Origin: Enoplolaimus lenunculus
Taxonomy: Eukaryota
Assembly: GCA_030248215.1 (NCBI GenBank)
Contig: JASANG010001881.1
Location: 248,001 to 312,000, forward strand
DNA length: 64,000 bases
Reading direction: 5' to 3'
The position numbers and the translations under genes were made by a program. Of this stretch, positions 37,101 to 52,100 are shown piece by piece (the first letter of the stretch is position 1; each line of letters opens with the position of its first letter). The notes beneath the pieces are model-generated. The model did no database searches. It was given only the letters and a program-made list of their open reading frames with translations, and had not been told where the DNA came from.

Positions 37101-40100
37101 CTATACACAAATTAGAATACGGCTCCGCGTGGCCTTAGATGCTTTGTTACAGGTGTGGTAAACCCAGGATTCGTCGATAGGCGAAACGTTCTTTCGTTCA
37201 AAACTAAGGTTTTGCACTACGCATACGCGTAATAAACACTGAGCATTGTCTTAATTCACTTACATATTTTACGCAGAATTGCTCATAGTACACTGTAAAT
37301 TTCAGTGAGGTGATTTTAATTTAGAATGACTTGAATCACTCAGTCTGAGTTAGGACTATCAAAGCTCAGAATTTTTAGTTTATTCAATATATTCTGAGTT
37401 AATTAATCAACTCAGACACAGTCAATTCAACTGAGAGTGAGAATCAACTCAACTCAGAGCGAGTTAATGTTTACTGATATTAATTTAGAAATATCCAACT
37501 CGCTAGCTAAATTGATTAATCAACTCATTGGCATTTACAGTGTATATTCTATGCGAAAAAGCGTTAAACTCACTAGCACAAACTGGCTGCTCAAGATCAT
37601 ATTCACCGGATTCCAAACACGTTAGCATCGGCTCGCCTTTGAGATAATAGTCCGTAAGGCAAACGAACGATACGGTTATTCCTGTAGCAATCGGTCGTCC
37701 ACTTGGTGTCCATTCTAATCCTTCGGCATTTGTAGGATCAAGGCAGATTTCTAAAAGTCAAAGGAAATAAATTAAAATTGCAATTTTACAATTTTTAAAA
37801 AATTTCATAAAATGTTTTCAAAAATTTCCATGTTTTCTAGTAAATTTGGCTTTAAACCAATCATAGCTTAAGGTGATGACGTCAATTTTTAAAAAATTTT
37901 CAATTCGAATTCTCTACTTACATCTACTGGTCGACCAGCTTGAGCCAATTTTGAAATTTACTTTTCGATCTCAACCTAAACCTAATCTAAATCCATATTA
38001 AAGTAATTACTTGATCCTACCCGTCCCGCCATGCTACCAGACCGACAATACTATCGAACGTAAGATAAAATATCAATTTAATCATGTAATTTGAGAAAAC
38101 TTACTTTCACAAACCGGAGCTTCCGGCTGATATTGTCCATCAGGCATACATATAATTTCCGAAGAACCTTGCAAATAATATCCGGTTTCACACGCGTAGG
38201 TCGCAACTGCATCCTCAAGCACTTGTCCGTCGGTTGATACCGTAAACGACCCACCGCTAATATCCGGTGGCATGCCACAAATTTCTGAAAAATACAAAAT
38301 TTACTTTCTAAAACATTAATATATTAGAAGTCTAGTCTGGTATTGTCAACTGTGTGTAGAACCGTTAACCAGCTGGAGATAGGTTTTGTAACTTTTGAAC
38401 CAGTCAATCAAACTTTATTAATAATTTAAACAAACGGTCTTGAATGATCTTTTACGACTGTGTGAAATGTCTTATATTCTGATGTATTACTTCGCCTGTT
38501 TGAAAACTTATCGCTAACTGGTAATACGTGCTTACAGTCACTTAAGAATGCTCCAAATAATTATAAAATTTTGCTGAATATCTTTAAAAACAACAAAATA
38601 TATATTTTAACCACAAAACTGAACCAGGTGGCAGGGATACAGTATTCTCTAAGCCGCAAGATGAAATTAGCTGGGCCCATATTCTCAAATGCGTATAGCA
38701 TCTATCATCAGTTAGTAATAGGTTTTTATACTGACGGACATTTGAAATTGCAACGCTCAAAATTGGTGCACAAGTAGGGCGCCAAAAAAAAAAAAAACAT
38801 ATTAAATCAAACGCGAACAATGTACCGATGAAATCGCTGGTCCATCGTATAGAACAGGGCGGACATTTGAAATTGCAACGCTCAAAATTGGTGCACAAGT
38901 AGGGCAAATCAAACGCGAACAATAGTAAAGCCGATTGTGGAAAAACAAATTTCCTAAGCCTAAGCTTAAGTCTAAGCCTTAGCCTAAGCCTTCGCGTATG
39001 CTAGAGCCTATTCCTAAGCCTAAGACTAAGCCTAAGCCTAAACCTAAGCATAAAAATTAGTCTAAAGTTTAAACTGACTCTACTATAGCCCCTCCGGAAC
39101 ATGATCCGGCCCTGTGCTATACATTGGCCCGAATTTCGAACGTCGCCATGCGCTGGTACCAAAGTCACAGGACCTATCGTCAACTGGTGATAGTTGCTTC
39201 ACACATTTGAGAATACGGGCACTAATTTTAGATTAAATATTCTCGCATTATAACACGAAAAATTTAAAATTTTCTACCAAATTTGAAATGTGTCAGAGCG
39301 TTTGCGTTCACTTCACATAACATCCCAGCGAACTCCAAACCATACCAGAATCCCTGAGTAAAAGACCATAATCAAGACTTACTTTTACACAAAGGTTCTT
39401 CGTTATCATAAACAGCGGACGACCCACAAGTGCGAACCGCATTCCCCACCAGAGAATAACCGTCATTGCAAGTATACGTTACAGTCAACCCATCATAAAC
39501 TACCGTATCCGCAGTGAATCCACCATTTGCAATATCAACAGGATTTGGACAAATAACTGCAACAAATCAACGCTCTTGCACCATTCACCCGATATTCAGA
39601 TTTTAGGCTAAGGCTTAAAATTAGGCTTAGAAAAAGGTTGAACCAAAAGCTTGAGCTATAGTACAACATTTTAGCAAAAATTTAGACTTGATCTAAGCCT
39701 AAAGCTGTGGTAAGAAGATATACAAAAGTTTTGAAGTCACTCAAAGATAAAAATTCCAAAAAAAAATCAAACGTAACTAAAATTTTGATTATTTAGCCAA
39801 GAGTTGATTAGTTGTGCGCTTAGGTATCCGGTTGTTTTGGAAGGCGTTTCATAGAGTGGTAACCCTCTACGCTTACATCTATAATATATTAATCAAGCAA
39901 AATACAGTAAAAAATAATAAATTATATATATATACTTAATATATGCCTAATTATAAACATAAATAGCGATTAAACAAAATAAATATATAAAATAAAAAAA
40001 TTAATTTGACTCACCTTTGCAGACTGGTGCATTGGTATCATACGTCCCATCGTTCTGACACAAAAGTGTCTTCGATCTCAATAAATGATATCCATCCTGG

Positions 40101-43100
40101 CACGTATAAGTCACGTTGACACTGCCATAAATAACATTCTGCGATTGTTTGAACGTTGCGTGTTCCACAACCGGAGAATCCGGACATATTTCTGCAATAT
40201 TTAACAAAATTAAAAGTTAATGCAATAGAATCTTGTACAATTTATCCATATTTAAGCTGAATTAATAGGCATTGAGCTTTTATGCTTAAAGTTAGGTTTA
40301 GGCTTTGGGATATGTTTACGCAAGGGTTTAAGTTTGACTGCAATAGCGTAGTCAGCATTTTGGTTTGTGGACAGCCATCCCAGTTATATTTGTATAATTT
40401 GAGCGTAGGTCAATTTATCTCATGTTGTTACTTTAGTTATTAGATGGGATATATTTTTGTTCAAAAGTACTGAGGGCAATGTCAACATTTCTGGTCGCAC
40501 TCAGGCCCGTATGCTCAAAACTAAGACTTCTAACTTTTGAACCAGCAACTGCAACAGTTAATGAGTCTGAAAACCTATTACTGATGATAATTGTTATACA
40601 CATTTGAGATTATAGACCCAGGACTTATAAAGTGGTAGAGGTGTTTTGGTGTTAATAAATTTTTAAATTATTGCAGACAAGTTATTCAGTATTGGTAACA
40701 GTTGAAACGACGAAATATGTTCCAAAAAGTTGTTAGATATTCGCTGAAGTATGGCAAATGTAAAATTTTCGTTCAGATAAGGTTAACGAGCATTAATTTT
40801 AATTTTTGACACATGTTAAACGCTTTGCTATAGCAATTTTGGGTCTTTTCCGTTATTCACCCCAGCCCGCGTTTGCGAAAAACGGTTCTATTTTGAATTT
40901 TTTTGCATATTTAAACTTCTCATGACCTCTCATGATCATTCCGCGTCTAAACTTTAATTTTTGAAAAATTCGATTTTTAAGGTCCCAAGGTACCCCGTCG
41001 GGAACATAAAAACATTTTTGTCAAAAAGTTTCACAAGCTATATATCATTCGATACAGTTTGCAAAGCTGACTCCAGCGGTGTTAAATTTTACGCAATCAG
41101 ACGATTGTTTAACGAGTTATTGTCAAATAACTGATTTGACAAGCTGCCATTACTGATTTGGGGCGGCGCCAAATCAGTTATTTGACGATAATTCGTAACC
41201 AACCGTCTAATAACGGAAAATTTAACACCATTTGCAACTCAGCTCTGCAAGCTTCATCAAATGATATATAATGTGTCAACCTTCTTGAAAAATTTTTTTT
41301 CAGGTCCTGACGGGAGACTTTGGAACCTTAAAAGTCTAATTTTTCAAAACTTCAAATTTAGACGCGGAATGAGTAGGGAATGTCATTTAAAATTCAAATT
41401 TGCAAAAATTTTCAAAATCAAACCATTTCTGGGTAAACGAGGGCCGGGGGTCGGTAACGTAAAAACTCCGCACTTTTTTGCCGCAGGGTGAAATTTTATA
41501 TTGTGAACGACGCATGAACGACCGTGGTATACTTGAACAAGTTGGTGAATCTTCTGCATAGCCGCCATTAATTGTACAGGCAATTGTTTGACTTCCAAGC
41601 ATATGAAAGCCCGCGTCACAAGAATATGTTACAGTCACATTTTCGATGATGGGTCGCGATGCTGGAGTCCACGATAAATACGCCACATCTGGTGGATCGG
41701 CACAGATTGCTTAAATTATTAAAAAAAAATGTTTTTTTTTGTATTTGCAGACAGTCGCCGAAATTTTGGCCCATGTATAGAACAGGTCCGGATCGTTTTC
41801 CAACAGGGCTGTAATGGAGTCAATTTAAGTTTTAGACTAACTTTTTGCTTAGGCTTAGGCTTAGGCTTAGGCTTTGGCTTAGGCTTAGGCTTAGGCTTAG
41901 GCTAAGACATATGCTTATACTAGTGTTCCGGCCTTGTTATATACATGGGCCGAATATACCGTTAAACCGTAAGAAATGAAGCAGAAACAGAAATTGTAGA
42001 CTCATGGTACCTCCTTAATTAAAGGATTTACTTAAGTCGGCGAGCTAAGTAATTACTTAAACATAACTTCACCTTAAACCAATTTATAAATAAATTTATT
42101 TTTTGCCTAAAAGAAATGACTAAAACACACTTTTCACACGAACTCTCTTCAAAAAATGTATTAATCTTCGGTCAATGCTTTACCCCCTAAAATAGACATT
42201 TTAGGCCTATTTTTGTTGTTTGAACCCAGTCTTTCAAACTACACAAATTATTCTTAGTCTAGAAAACTTTCTGTCGACAGTTTCTTTACCGATACAAACC
42301 GGAGACTCTTGATCATAAATGTTCGTCGCGGTACACGTCAACGACGCCACCCCGATCATGTGATATCCAACATTACAGGAGTACGTTGCAATATCACCAT
42401 CAACAATAGGAGTACCATCTGCGTTTGATGTTGTAAACGCTCCGTTTGATATTGTATCCGGAGTTGAACAAATTGCTTAAAAATTGAAAAAAAATATTTG
42501 AAAATCTATTAAAGTTTAATAAGAGTATAAAGAATATGAGCAGATGTGTTCGATTTTAATAGAATGAGCAGTTGAAAAATGGGTAAAAATTTAAAATTTC
42601 GAATTGAAGCATGAGCAAAAGGATTGAAATTATGAGAGCAGGACGAGTGGGAAAATGACGTAAAATTAAATAACATGAAACGGTGACAAACGGACTACGG
42701 ACAGCACCGTATATAACGCCGACATACCTTTACATTCAGGCGGCATAACATCATAGGTATGATCTGCCTGGCATGTTAGGACCGCTGGACCAACCAAATG
42801 ATGAAAGTTACCGGAACATGCAAATGTCAACGTTTGTTGTTCGTAGACCGGTGTACTCGATGCAGTGTAGTATCCATTGGTGATGTTTGCAAGATCAGGA
42901 CAAATTGCTAAAATGTACAATTTACAATATCACCGCCGAAAATACCAAAAAATTATACGATGCCACTGTCGATTCTTTGAAAATTCGTCGCCAGACAACA
43001 TGTCGTTCAAGCATAATCCTAAGCGTATCCCAGGCCTGACCCTAATCGTAAGCATTATGATGGGCGAAAAATTATCGAGTCGATGATATTTCGTAGTTGT

Positions 43101-46100
43101 CGGGCATTTAATTATCATGATTCTGTCACGGTCATACGAGAGTATGCGTATGTAACCCATACTCGGTGCGACTCGTAAATATTCCAGTGAAAAGTTTAAA
43201 TGGTAACGGGTCATGAGAAAGCCTAAACCTGAGCCTAAGCGTAATGACTTGATGCATTATAGTCATTATTTGGCAAATGCATAGGATAGGTTTGCCGACA
43301 AGATGTGGGGGTTACACTCGTCCTGGATATCGAAATTCTTTAAGAAATTTTAAATGCTTATTTGCTATCATTATAAACTAAAATCTAAGTTTAACAGTAC
43401 CATATAGAGTCGTTCGCAAACATTTCGCTGCTGATACGGCGCGGTTCGAACCCATGATGTACGGATTATTAATCCGCTGTTCTAACCACTGAGCTACGCA
43501 GCCATCCTTAAACCCGAGTCTAACGTTAAACCTTATTGAGTGACAATTACTTTTAAAGATATAAGATACCTTTACACACAGGCGGGCCGACATCAAAGGT
43601 TCCGTCGACTAAACAGATGGCAACGTTTCCTCCAAGCATATGATAGTTTGCATCACAAGCCCAAGTTACGGTATCTCCATTGACCAATGGAATTGAAACA
43701 TCTGACTGACTTCTGGCAGCAGTTGCGAAAGTAACAGGAGTTGGATCAGGACAAATTTCTAAAAAACAATTAGAAAAAACGAATAATAATGCAATGAGAT
43801 ATAAACAGATATTAAGAATTGTATTAATACAAAAAATACGCTTAAAGCCCTATTCACACGTGCAAGTTTTTGCTGCGAGAACTTGCATCTTCAACTTGCT
43901 CTTGCAAGTTTTGTCGGAAATCACATTCGAAAAACTTGCAGCTGCAAATAATTCATTAAAAATCAAAGCTAAGAATTTAGTTCACATGTGTGAATAACCA
44001 TGCAAGTTTACTGAATTTATTGCAGCCGCTTTCTCATTGGCTAATGAAAAAATGCAAGTTCTGTGTACAATTTATAGCGGCAAGTTCTCGCAGCAAAAAC
44101 ATGCACGTGTGAATAAGGCTTAAAAGTGATTTTTAGCTAAAGGCTACCAACGGTAAGATGAGTCAAAAATGAAATAAATACAAGCCCGTAGCCAGGTCAC
44201 CTTGATAAAGCGGCTAAACATTTTTCAGAACAGGCATGCAAGGGTTTTCGAAGACTTACAAGCAAAGTTGAAACCTTTCTGGGGGGAGCTAAAGTCTTTA
44301 AAATACCACTGTATTTAGCCAATAAAATCGCATTATATCAAGGGTCGCATCTAAGACGGGTTCATTAGGTGTCTGTAAGTAAATGATTGTACATTTCTGG
44401 CGCGTCCTTGACCTGAAAACCACCCCTTTAACCTTTTAATAATCCGATCCTGAAAATAATAAACCTGAAACTTCTAACAATTTTTAAGCTAAAAAGCTTA
44501 CAAATTGAATTTTAAGGAATTTAAAATTTGAGGTCAGTCAAAAATTTGTGACCTGAAGTATACAAGTTATTGCGATGGGTCCGCAGCCAGAGGGCAACCG
44601 GTAGAAGGTTTAGCCCCTGTAAACTTTTTGACCCTCTAGAAAAGTTTGCCGCGTATGTAGGTTTTGTGATATTAACTGTCCTTTTTTGATCCTTTCTAAG
44701 CATGTTGACCTGGTTACAGGTTGTATTGCGATAGGTATTAACATCATGATGCACTTTCTTAAAACAAAACTTACTAAACTGGTTCGCGTTTCTATTCATT
44801 TTACTGGTGACAACCGGATATCTGGTTTACAAAACAGTAGGGTACAACCGGAGGTATACCTCCGTCTCCGGCAGAAAATCTACATCCGGCTCCGGCAAAA
44901 AAGTTTGACTTACGGTTCCCGGTTCGGATCCGATATTTTTCACCTTCAATTGCACCCTGCCAAACAGATAAATAATTTTGGTTATGTAATTATTTATCTA
45001 AACAGCCAATGACATTCGGTTTATATAAAAAATGTCTATTTTCAGTGCCAGCCCAAGCTTCAGTTTACCAGATTTAAGCAGCTAAAAATTTTGTTGAACT
45101 TAAAAACAGCATAAAAATGAGTTTTATGCCCAAAAATATAACAAAGTTTACAGCTGAGCATTGCGGTAAAACAAAGTAGCATCAGCTAAAATTTTTCGAG
45201 TTTGGAAAACCATTTAATAATTAATAAACTCAAAAATGGGTCATTCCTTGTTATTCCGTTATCTGCTGCCTGCTGTCGTCATGAAATTGTTCGATTTTGA
45301 TTTTTTTGCATATTTCAACTTTTCATGATTCATAATTTTCCATAATCAATTCAGATCGAAATTTGAATGCCCACAAACGCACCGTCTGGACCAAGATAGT
45401 GTAGAAAAACTATCTACCGCTGCTAATTGTACAATTTTAATAAATGTACACTTATTTGGCGGCGGAGGAAGCGAATATGGACCCCTAGGAATTTAATGAA
45501 AACTTGCTAACTTTATAGATTTCGACGCGCTGAGTTCAGCGGTGTCATTTTAGGACTGTAGGGCTCTGGTTCGAAAGTAATCGATGTTTAAAATTTAACA
45601 TTTTACTGTATAAAACGTACACAACCGTCTGCCCCATTTGTACAACAAATAAACTTGGTAAAGTTTATATTTTACGAACATGTGAATGATCGACTCTTTG
45701 TGTTCAAATCTGTATCGTATTTTGCACTGTAATTTCGCGGTCCATAACTTTCGAACCGTCGGCCATACAACCATAAAAGAGGTACCGCTCAACTCAGCTC
45801 GTTGAGATCTATACAATACGGCAGTCTTCATTTAATTCCTATAAAGGTCCATATTCCGTGCTTTCACGCACTTACTTTCGCAAACAGGATACGCGTTATC
45901 ATACGTCCCGTTTTGTAAACATGTTATGCTGTTTGTCCCAACCACGTAATAATCCACATTTGCAGTGTACGATACAATAACTGCGTCAATTATTGGTGTT
46001 GAAGTTGTAGTAAAAGTACAGCTCGGAACACTGGGATCTTCACAAATTTCTGAAAAGCACAAAAATCATTAATTCTTGTACGCTTGCCAAGCAATATTTA

Positions 46101-49100
46101 AGCTAATGTGGCAAAGGTACGGGATTTGGACCCTCCTGGGATTTTGAGAAAAAGTAGTCCATCCGACAGATCTCGACGAGCTGCATTCGATGGTACCATT
46201 TTTATGGCTGCATGACCAACGGTTCAGATGGTTCTTGAAACTATAGTGCAAATACACACATTGAACCGGGGATACTGCAGCGCTAAAAATGGTGCCGTGG
46301 AACTCAGCGCGTCGAAATCTATGAAATGAACTATTATTTATTAAATTCCTAGTGTGGTCCATTTTCCTTTACCACCGCTAGCTAACGTTAAGTATTTGGC
46401 TTATGCTTAGTTATAGGAAAGCGCTTGCTTACCTATGTATTAAACATAAACCTAAGCCTTTGCCTGGGTTTTTTCCTAGCCCTGGGCATTAGCCATAAAT
46501 TCAGTGTATGTGGGTAGAAAGTCTATAAAAGCCTAATCATTTTTCAGCATAAATCTTTGCAGACAATTGTCCGCAACGGAAGGTGTAACGACGCAAAATT
46601 GTATTAAGCGCACAACTGTACATTACACGTATATCAGCTTGAACTATGGATCCGATACGGATTTTTTGGGATACACTCAACAACATGACCGGATGTAAAC
46701 TTGTTTTAGCTAAGAAACTCATCAACTGTCCAGCAGGACGGAGTATAGGCAGTTGCACCCGGGACACATTTGAACTTCCGCTATTAATATTCAAATTGCA
46801 AGTGAATACCGGTTCGGTAAAATAGCTAAAATCCTTTAAATCCGCTTGTTTCAGCTTACAAATATTTTAAAAAACAATTTTATTAAACTATAAATAATTG
46901 AAGTCAATACTTTTACAGACAGGTTCTGCATAATCGTACAAACCAGAAATCTGGCACGTCAAAACCGGATCTCCAACCATATGATATCCGGTATTGCACG
47001 AGTATGTGATGGTTATTCCGGAAGTAATATTAACGCCCGGCTGACTGGAAATGTAGCTGCCATTCGAGATGCTTGGTGTCGGACAAACTTCTGAAATACA
47101 ATAAATGAAAACCGGATCTCCAACCATATGATATCCGGTATTGCACGAGTATGTGATAGTTATTCCGGAAGTAATATTAACGCCCGGCTGACTGGAAATG
47201 TAGCTGCCATTCGAGATGCTTGGTGTCGGACAAACTTCTGAAATACAATAAATGTTCAGAAAAATCCGAGCCGAAAAAATAATCTTAAATCAATAAATAC
47301 ATATTCTTTCACCACTCAACTTACTTCCAACGGTCCACAAATTTATATCTAATATCCGGTTAACATCCGGATCCGGTAACCTCGCTATCCGGCTCCGATT
47401 CCGGTGTCCGGTAAAATTAATATCTGGTCGATCCCTGACTCTTGCTTCATTGCGACCCTTGGATTGTTTTTGATCTACTCAAACATTATGCTGGTTGCGG
47501 ATCTATTCAGATTAGAGAGTAAACAAAAGTATAATAATACTTTCACAAACAGGAACCGCGTTATCGTATGTCCCATCAGTTTGGCAAGTTAGTACCGTAG
47601 TTCCAATAGCGCTGTAGCCACCGTTACACGTATACTGGACCGATATTGCTTCAATGATTGGAGTCGATGTATCACTGATCACAAATCCGCCGTTCGAAAC
47701 AGTCGTTGGATCAGGACAAATTTCTAAAAAAATCAAACTTTACGATCGTATCCGGGGCATTCGGCCAATGGGAACCGGAAAACCTTGTTCCATCCCGAAA
47801 ACTTCACTCTCATCGAAATAGCTTGGACCAGGACAGAAACGATTTTTTTCTAGGGGTGAAACGACGCTCAGCAGTTTTGGTTTGGGCTGATTCAGAAACA
47901 ATTTTGAGTATTTGGAAGCAATTATGAGTTCAAACAGAGACAAAATTTGAGTAATAAAAAGTTCGCGAACGAAGCGATCCAGAAGCCAGCGCATTTTTTA
48001 TTAAATATTTAATTTCCAACACGAAACTTGTATTAATGGGATTTTTGCTGACGCTTGGGACACTCCTGTACCCTCGTGTTTGGATCAGGGGCGTAGCCCG
48101 AATTCTATTTTGGGATTAGGGCAGGCACGTCTAACAGATTATGGTACCGTTTCTCAAAATGCCTACTTTCGAGTCTTTCCAGCGGTTTTGACAAGATCTA
48201 TCCCCTATCTATTGTTTTTGCTTTATTTTTTAGCCCCATATAGGGTGGATTGCCCTATGGTATGGCCCATATCCGAACCGCCTTACCCCCCACCAATCTT
48301 TGGAATAACCTGCACAGAGTCCAAAAAGCAATATGAGGTTATTTTCCAACCGAAATACTAATTCTACGTCCTTGTGACTAAATGGGATCAGAAACGTACT
48401 TTTACAAATTGGCCAATCGGCGCTATACTGATCCGCTTGTAGACACGTAAGCGTTGCCGAACCAATCAAAAAATACCCAACATCGCAAGCATACGTAACG
48501 GTTATTCCTTCATATACAGGGTTGAATGCTAACGAAACATTGCCGTTTGAAATTTGAACTGGATTTGAACAAATTTCTATAAAATTAATAATTCAAATTA
48601 TAAATACAAAACGAAAAATAAAGAAATTCGGCTCGTAACCAAAGAGGGCCGCCCTTAAAACATTTCCATCCCCTCGCCAAAAAATATTTCAACGTTGCTT
48701 GTAAGTCAACGAAAACCCTTGTATTGCGTGTCATGAAAAATGTCTAGCAGCAAGGTGAGCTGGCTACGAGTCTGATTGAAACGCAAAAAATCCGACGCCT
48801 CGACGCTGTTGTTGTAAGAGGTACTTATTTATTTTCTCACCACAGTTTAATTTCATTTGTTGACTTGTATGTCCTCCAAATAAGAGAGTTGAAAATCAAC
48901 GTTGTAAACCGAAGTTGAGTTGAATGAGTGTTGTAATTGCGCCCCGAGGGGGGTACTTTTTTACCACTTTTGCCAAATGCTATCACATCAGTGGTATGCG
49001 AGATGTTTATCAAAGAAAAATTCAAATTTAGAAAATTAGTACACAATGTACAGTGTTTAACACTTATTACGCGGGCCAATGTAAAGAACAGGGGCGTAGC

Positions 49101-52100
49101 AGTATTTATAAGACATTACTAAGATTATGCCTATGCATAAGCTAAGCATATTCATAATCCTAAACTTAAATTTTAGCCTAAGCCTAAGCGTACGAATGAG
49201 CTTATTCCTAAGCTTAAAACTAAACCTAAGCGTAAGAATGAACATATTCCTAAGCCTAGGCCTAAGCAAAGAAAATTAGTCTACAGCTTAAGCTAACTCT
49301 ATTGCAGTCCCACAGAAAAACTCTCCGCCCCTGATCTTTACATGGGCCATTACGCGTATGGATGTGCAGTAACAAACCACTCGGTCAGTAGCCAGAGAAG
49401 GCCAGGTTAGGCTCAGCGCCCTCGTGGAAAAATTTTGCTCTCCCCAGAAAATTTTCAACTTTGCTTGTAAGTTAAAGACAAACCATGTATGCCCCTCCTT
49501 AAAAAATTTTAGCCCCTTTTATCAAGGTGAGGTGGCTACGGGTCTGCAAACAACTCGCGAATGAAAAATGACTTTAGTCATCTGGTTTTGCGCATTGCGT
49601 AAAATTTAGCAAATGCACACAACGCTGGATATAGATTTTATATTTATAGAACAATTAAATTACGTTTATACTCAACAGTTATTGCAAGCAAAGTGATACT
49701 GGAAAGTTGCCCAAAATACGTATGTGATGCATTCCAGTTTTAATTTACAAGGATAAGATAAAAATTAAGTGTACCTTTACAGACCGGTTGGCTTAGATCG
49801 TACGCAGCGGTCGCCAGACAGGTTAACACTGAATCGCCGACTAAATAATAGCCAGAATTGCAGGTATGCGTTACTGTGACAGCTTCGTAAACCGGAGAAT
49901 CATTCGCTATGTATGTGCCGTTGCCAAGCAGATCCAGAGTTGGACAGATTGCTGAAATAAAATTGTAAAAATTTCATTTTCAAAAAAATATAATTTTTTT
50001 TTAACTTTTATACTTATTTATTAGTTATTTTAGCTATTTTACAATATATTTACAGATTCGAGGAAACAAGTCGACGTAATAACAGTATCACATAAAAACT
50101 GTTCGTCGGACAATTGTTTGAAGTAAAAGTTGTCCGTCGGACACTTTATATCGATTAAATCTGTCCCTGTAGATAAATTGTGTTCCCTAAACATGCGTGG
50201 TATATTCTATCTCCAGTGCTCTCTAGAAGCTTAAACTAACTTAATTTAAGCTTAATGTTATCCAGCAGTATTAAACTAACATTCTAGAATAACCAATCTA
50301 ACAGGTAGATTTAAGCTTAAACTCATTTAAAACCTAACATATTTTCAGTTTAAGCTAAACTTAACGAACTCTTATACGCACATAATTTCTGGGCTGCACT
50401 TGTTACTTAAACTAAAAATAAGTTTACTTAAACTCGTGTTAAACTTAAAAACATGTTCGTTTAAGTAAAACTTAAAATTCTAGTTTAGTTACTCCGTCCA
50501 GCCATTTAAGTTTTGCTAAAACTAATATTTAAGTTTAGTTAAGCTATATTTTAAGTTTAAGTTTTTAGGGGCCTCAGAAAATTTCAAAATATGGAACTAC
50601 TACGGTATAAAGTTAATTTGTCTTTTAATAATTATGTACGTCGTTTGTAATTTTGTACCCGACCTACGATTACTCCTGTGAAAATGTCCACCTCAGCCCT
50701 TAGAACTTAAGACAGATCCATAATTCTAATTTTCTGCGAATTTTCCGAAATGCCTTCCTGAAAATTGTGACAAAAGTAAAACGAAACTTGTTCAAACAGA
50801 TAAATTTTGCAAAATTATGCAAAATACTACTACCGAAATTTCCGGAACCTCCGGCAAAAATTTTACCGGGCCGGAGGCTGATTTTCTGCCGGAGCCGGAG
50901 GCAGACTCGGGTTGTACCCTGATACTTACCTTTACACACAGGTGTGTTAATATCGTAAACGAAATCAGAATTGCAAGTAAGCATTGGTGGTCCAAGCATG
51001 TGATATCCCGAATTGCAAGAATACGTCACCGTCTGGCCGTCGAACATTGGATTTGCAGTTGCGTTATGCGACGCAAATTGCACTGCAGATGGTGCTGGGC
51101 AAATTGCTAAAATATAATAAATTTAAATAATTTAAAAATGAGTAATTCAATCGCTTTACCCTGAAGAAAGTTAAAGGATTTAAACCCCCAGGTTCCATGA
51201 ACCAGTTTGCGATTGTTGCAAAGGGACTTTAATAACTGGAACAACTTTTTGAGCCGGGGTTTGTGGGATTTAGTGATCGAACTAATCTTTTGTAACTCAC
51301 ACGAAATTGAAACTTTTCATTGGACACAACAATTTTAAATACTGAGTCAAACTTTTCGCTGGATTCCATTTGCTGTAACTCCTGTTTGCCCAGAATTCGC
51401 CCAGTTGAAAATCGCACGCGATTGGTTGTTCACGATGAACATACAAAGGTTTTCGGTTGAAAATCGCACGCGATTGGTTGTTCACGATGAACATACAAAG
51501 GTTTTCGGTTGAAAATCGCACGCGATTGGTTGTTCACGATGAACATACAAAGGTTTTCGGTTGAAAATCGCACGCGATTGGTTGTTCACGATGAACATAC
51601 AAAGGTTTTCGATGTCTTACAATCAAGGTTGAAAATTTTCTAGGAATCGGCCAAAAACCAAAACGCAACGCCTTTTTGGTACATTTTGTAGAATGTACAA
51701 CACAGTTAGTTGCATACTCTTGTCTAAATAACTGTTATCAACTGTTGATAACCAGTGCCGAAGCAGGCTAGGGTGGAGACCCGTAGCGAAGATTAAAATG
51801 TTTTTCAAATTTTTTGTTTAAAAAATTGTTAGGGTGGGGATCCGTCTTTGGTGTGGCCCCCGCCCCCTCCCGAAATGTGGGGGTATAGTGCCAACAATTT
51901 TCAGCCAATTTCAATGGTAATTTTGTGCAAAATTTTTTATTGACAAATTTGCAGGTCGCGTATTTGAATTTTCTATCACTAAATAACAATAAGGGCCCGT
52001 ATTCTCAAATGTATACAGCATCTATCGCCAGTTGATGATAGCTTTCGTAGCTTTCAAACAAGCGAATCACATTGAGAATATGAGCCAAAATGTTAATATT

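Noticed and set aside
41847..41905. (TTAGGC)n as a true telomere or chromosome-fusion site
   Set aside because: Short, degenerate and enclosed by MITE TIRs.
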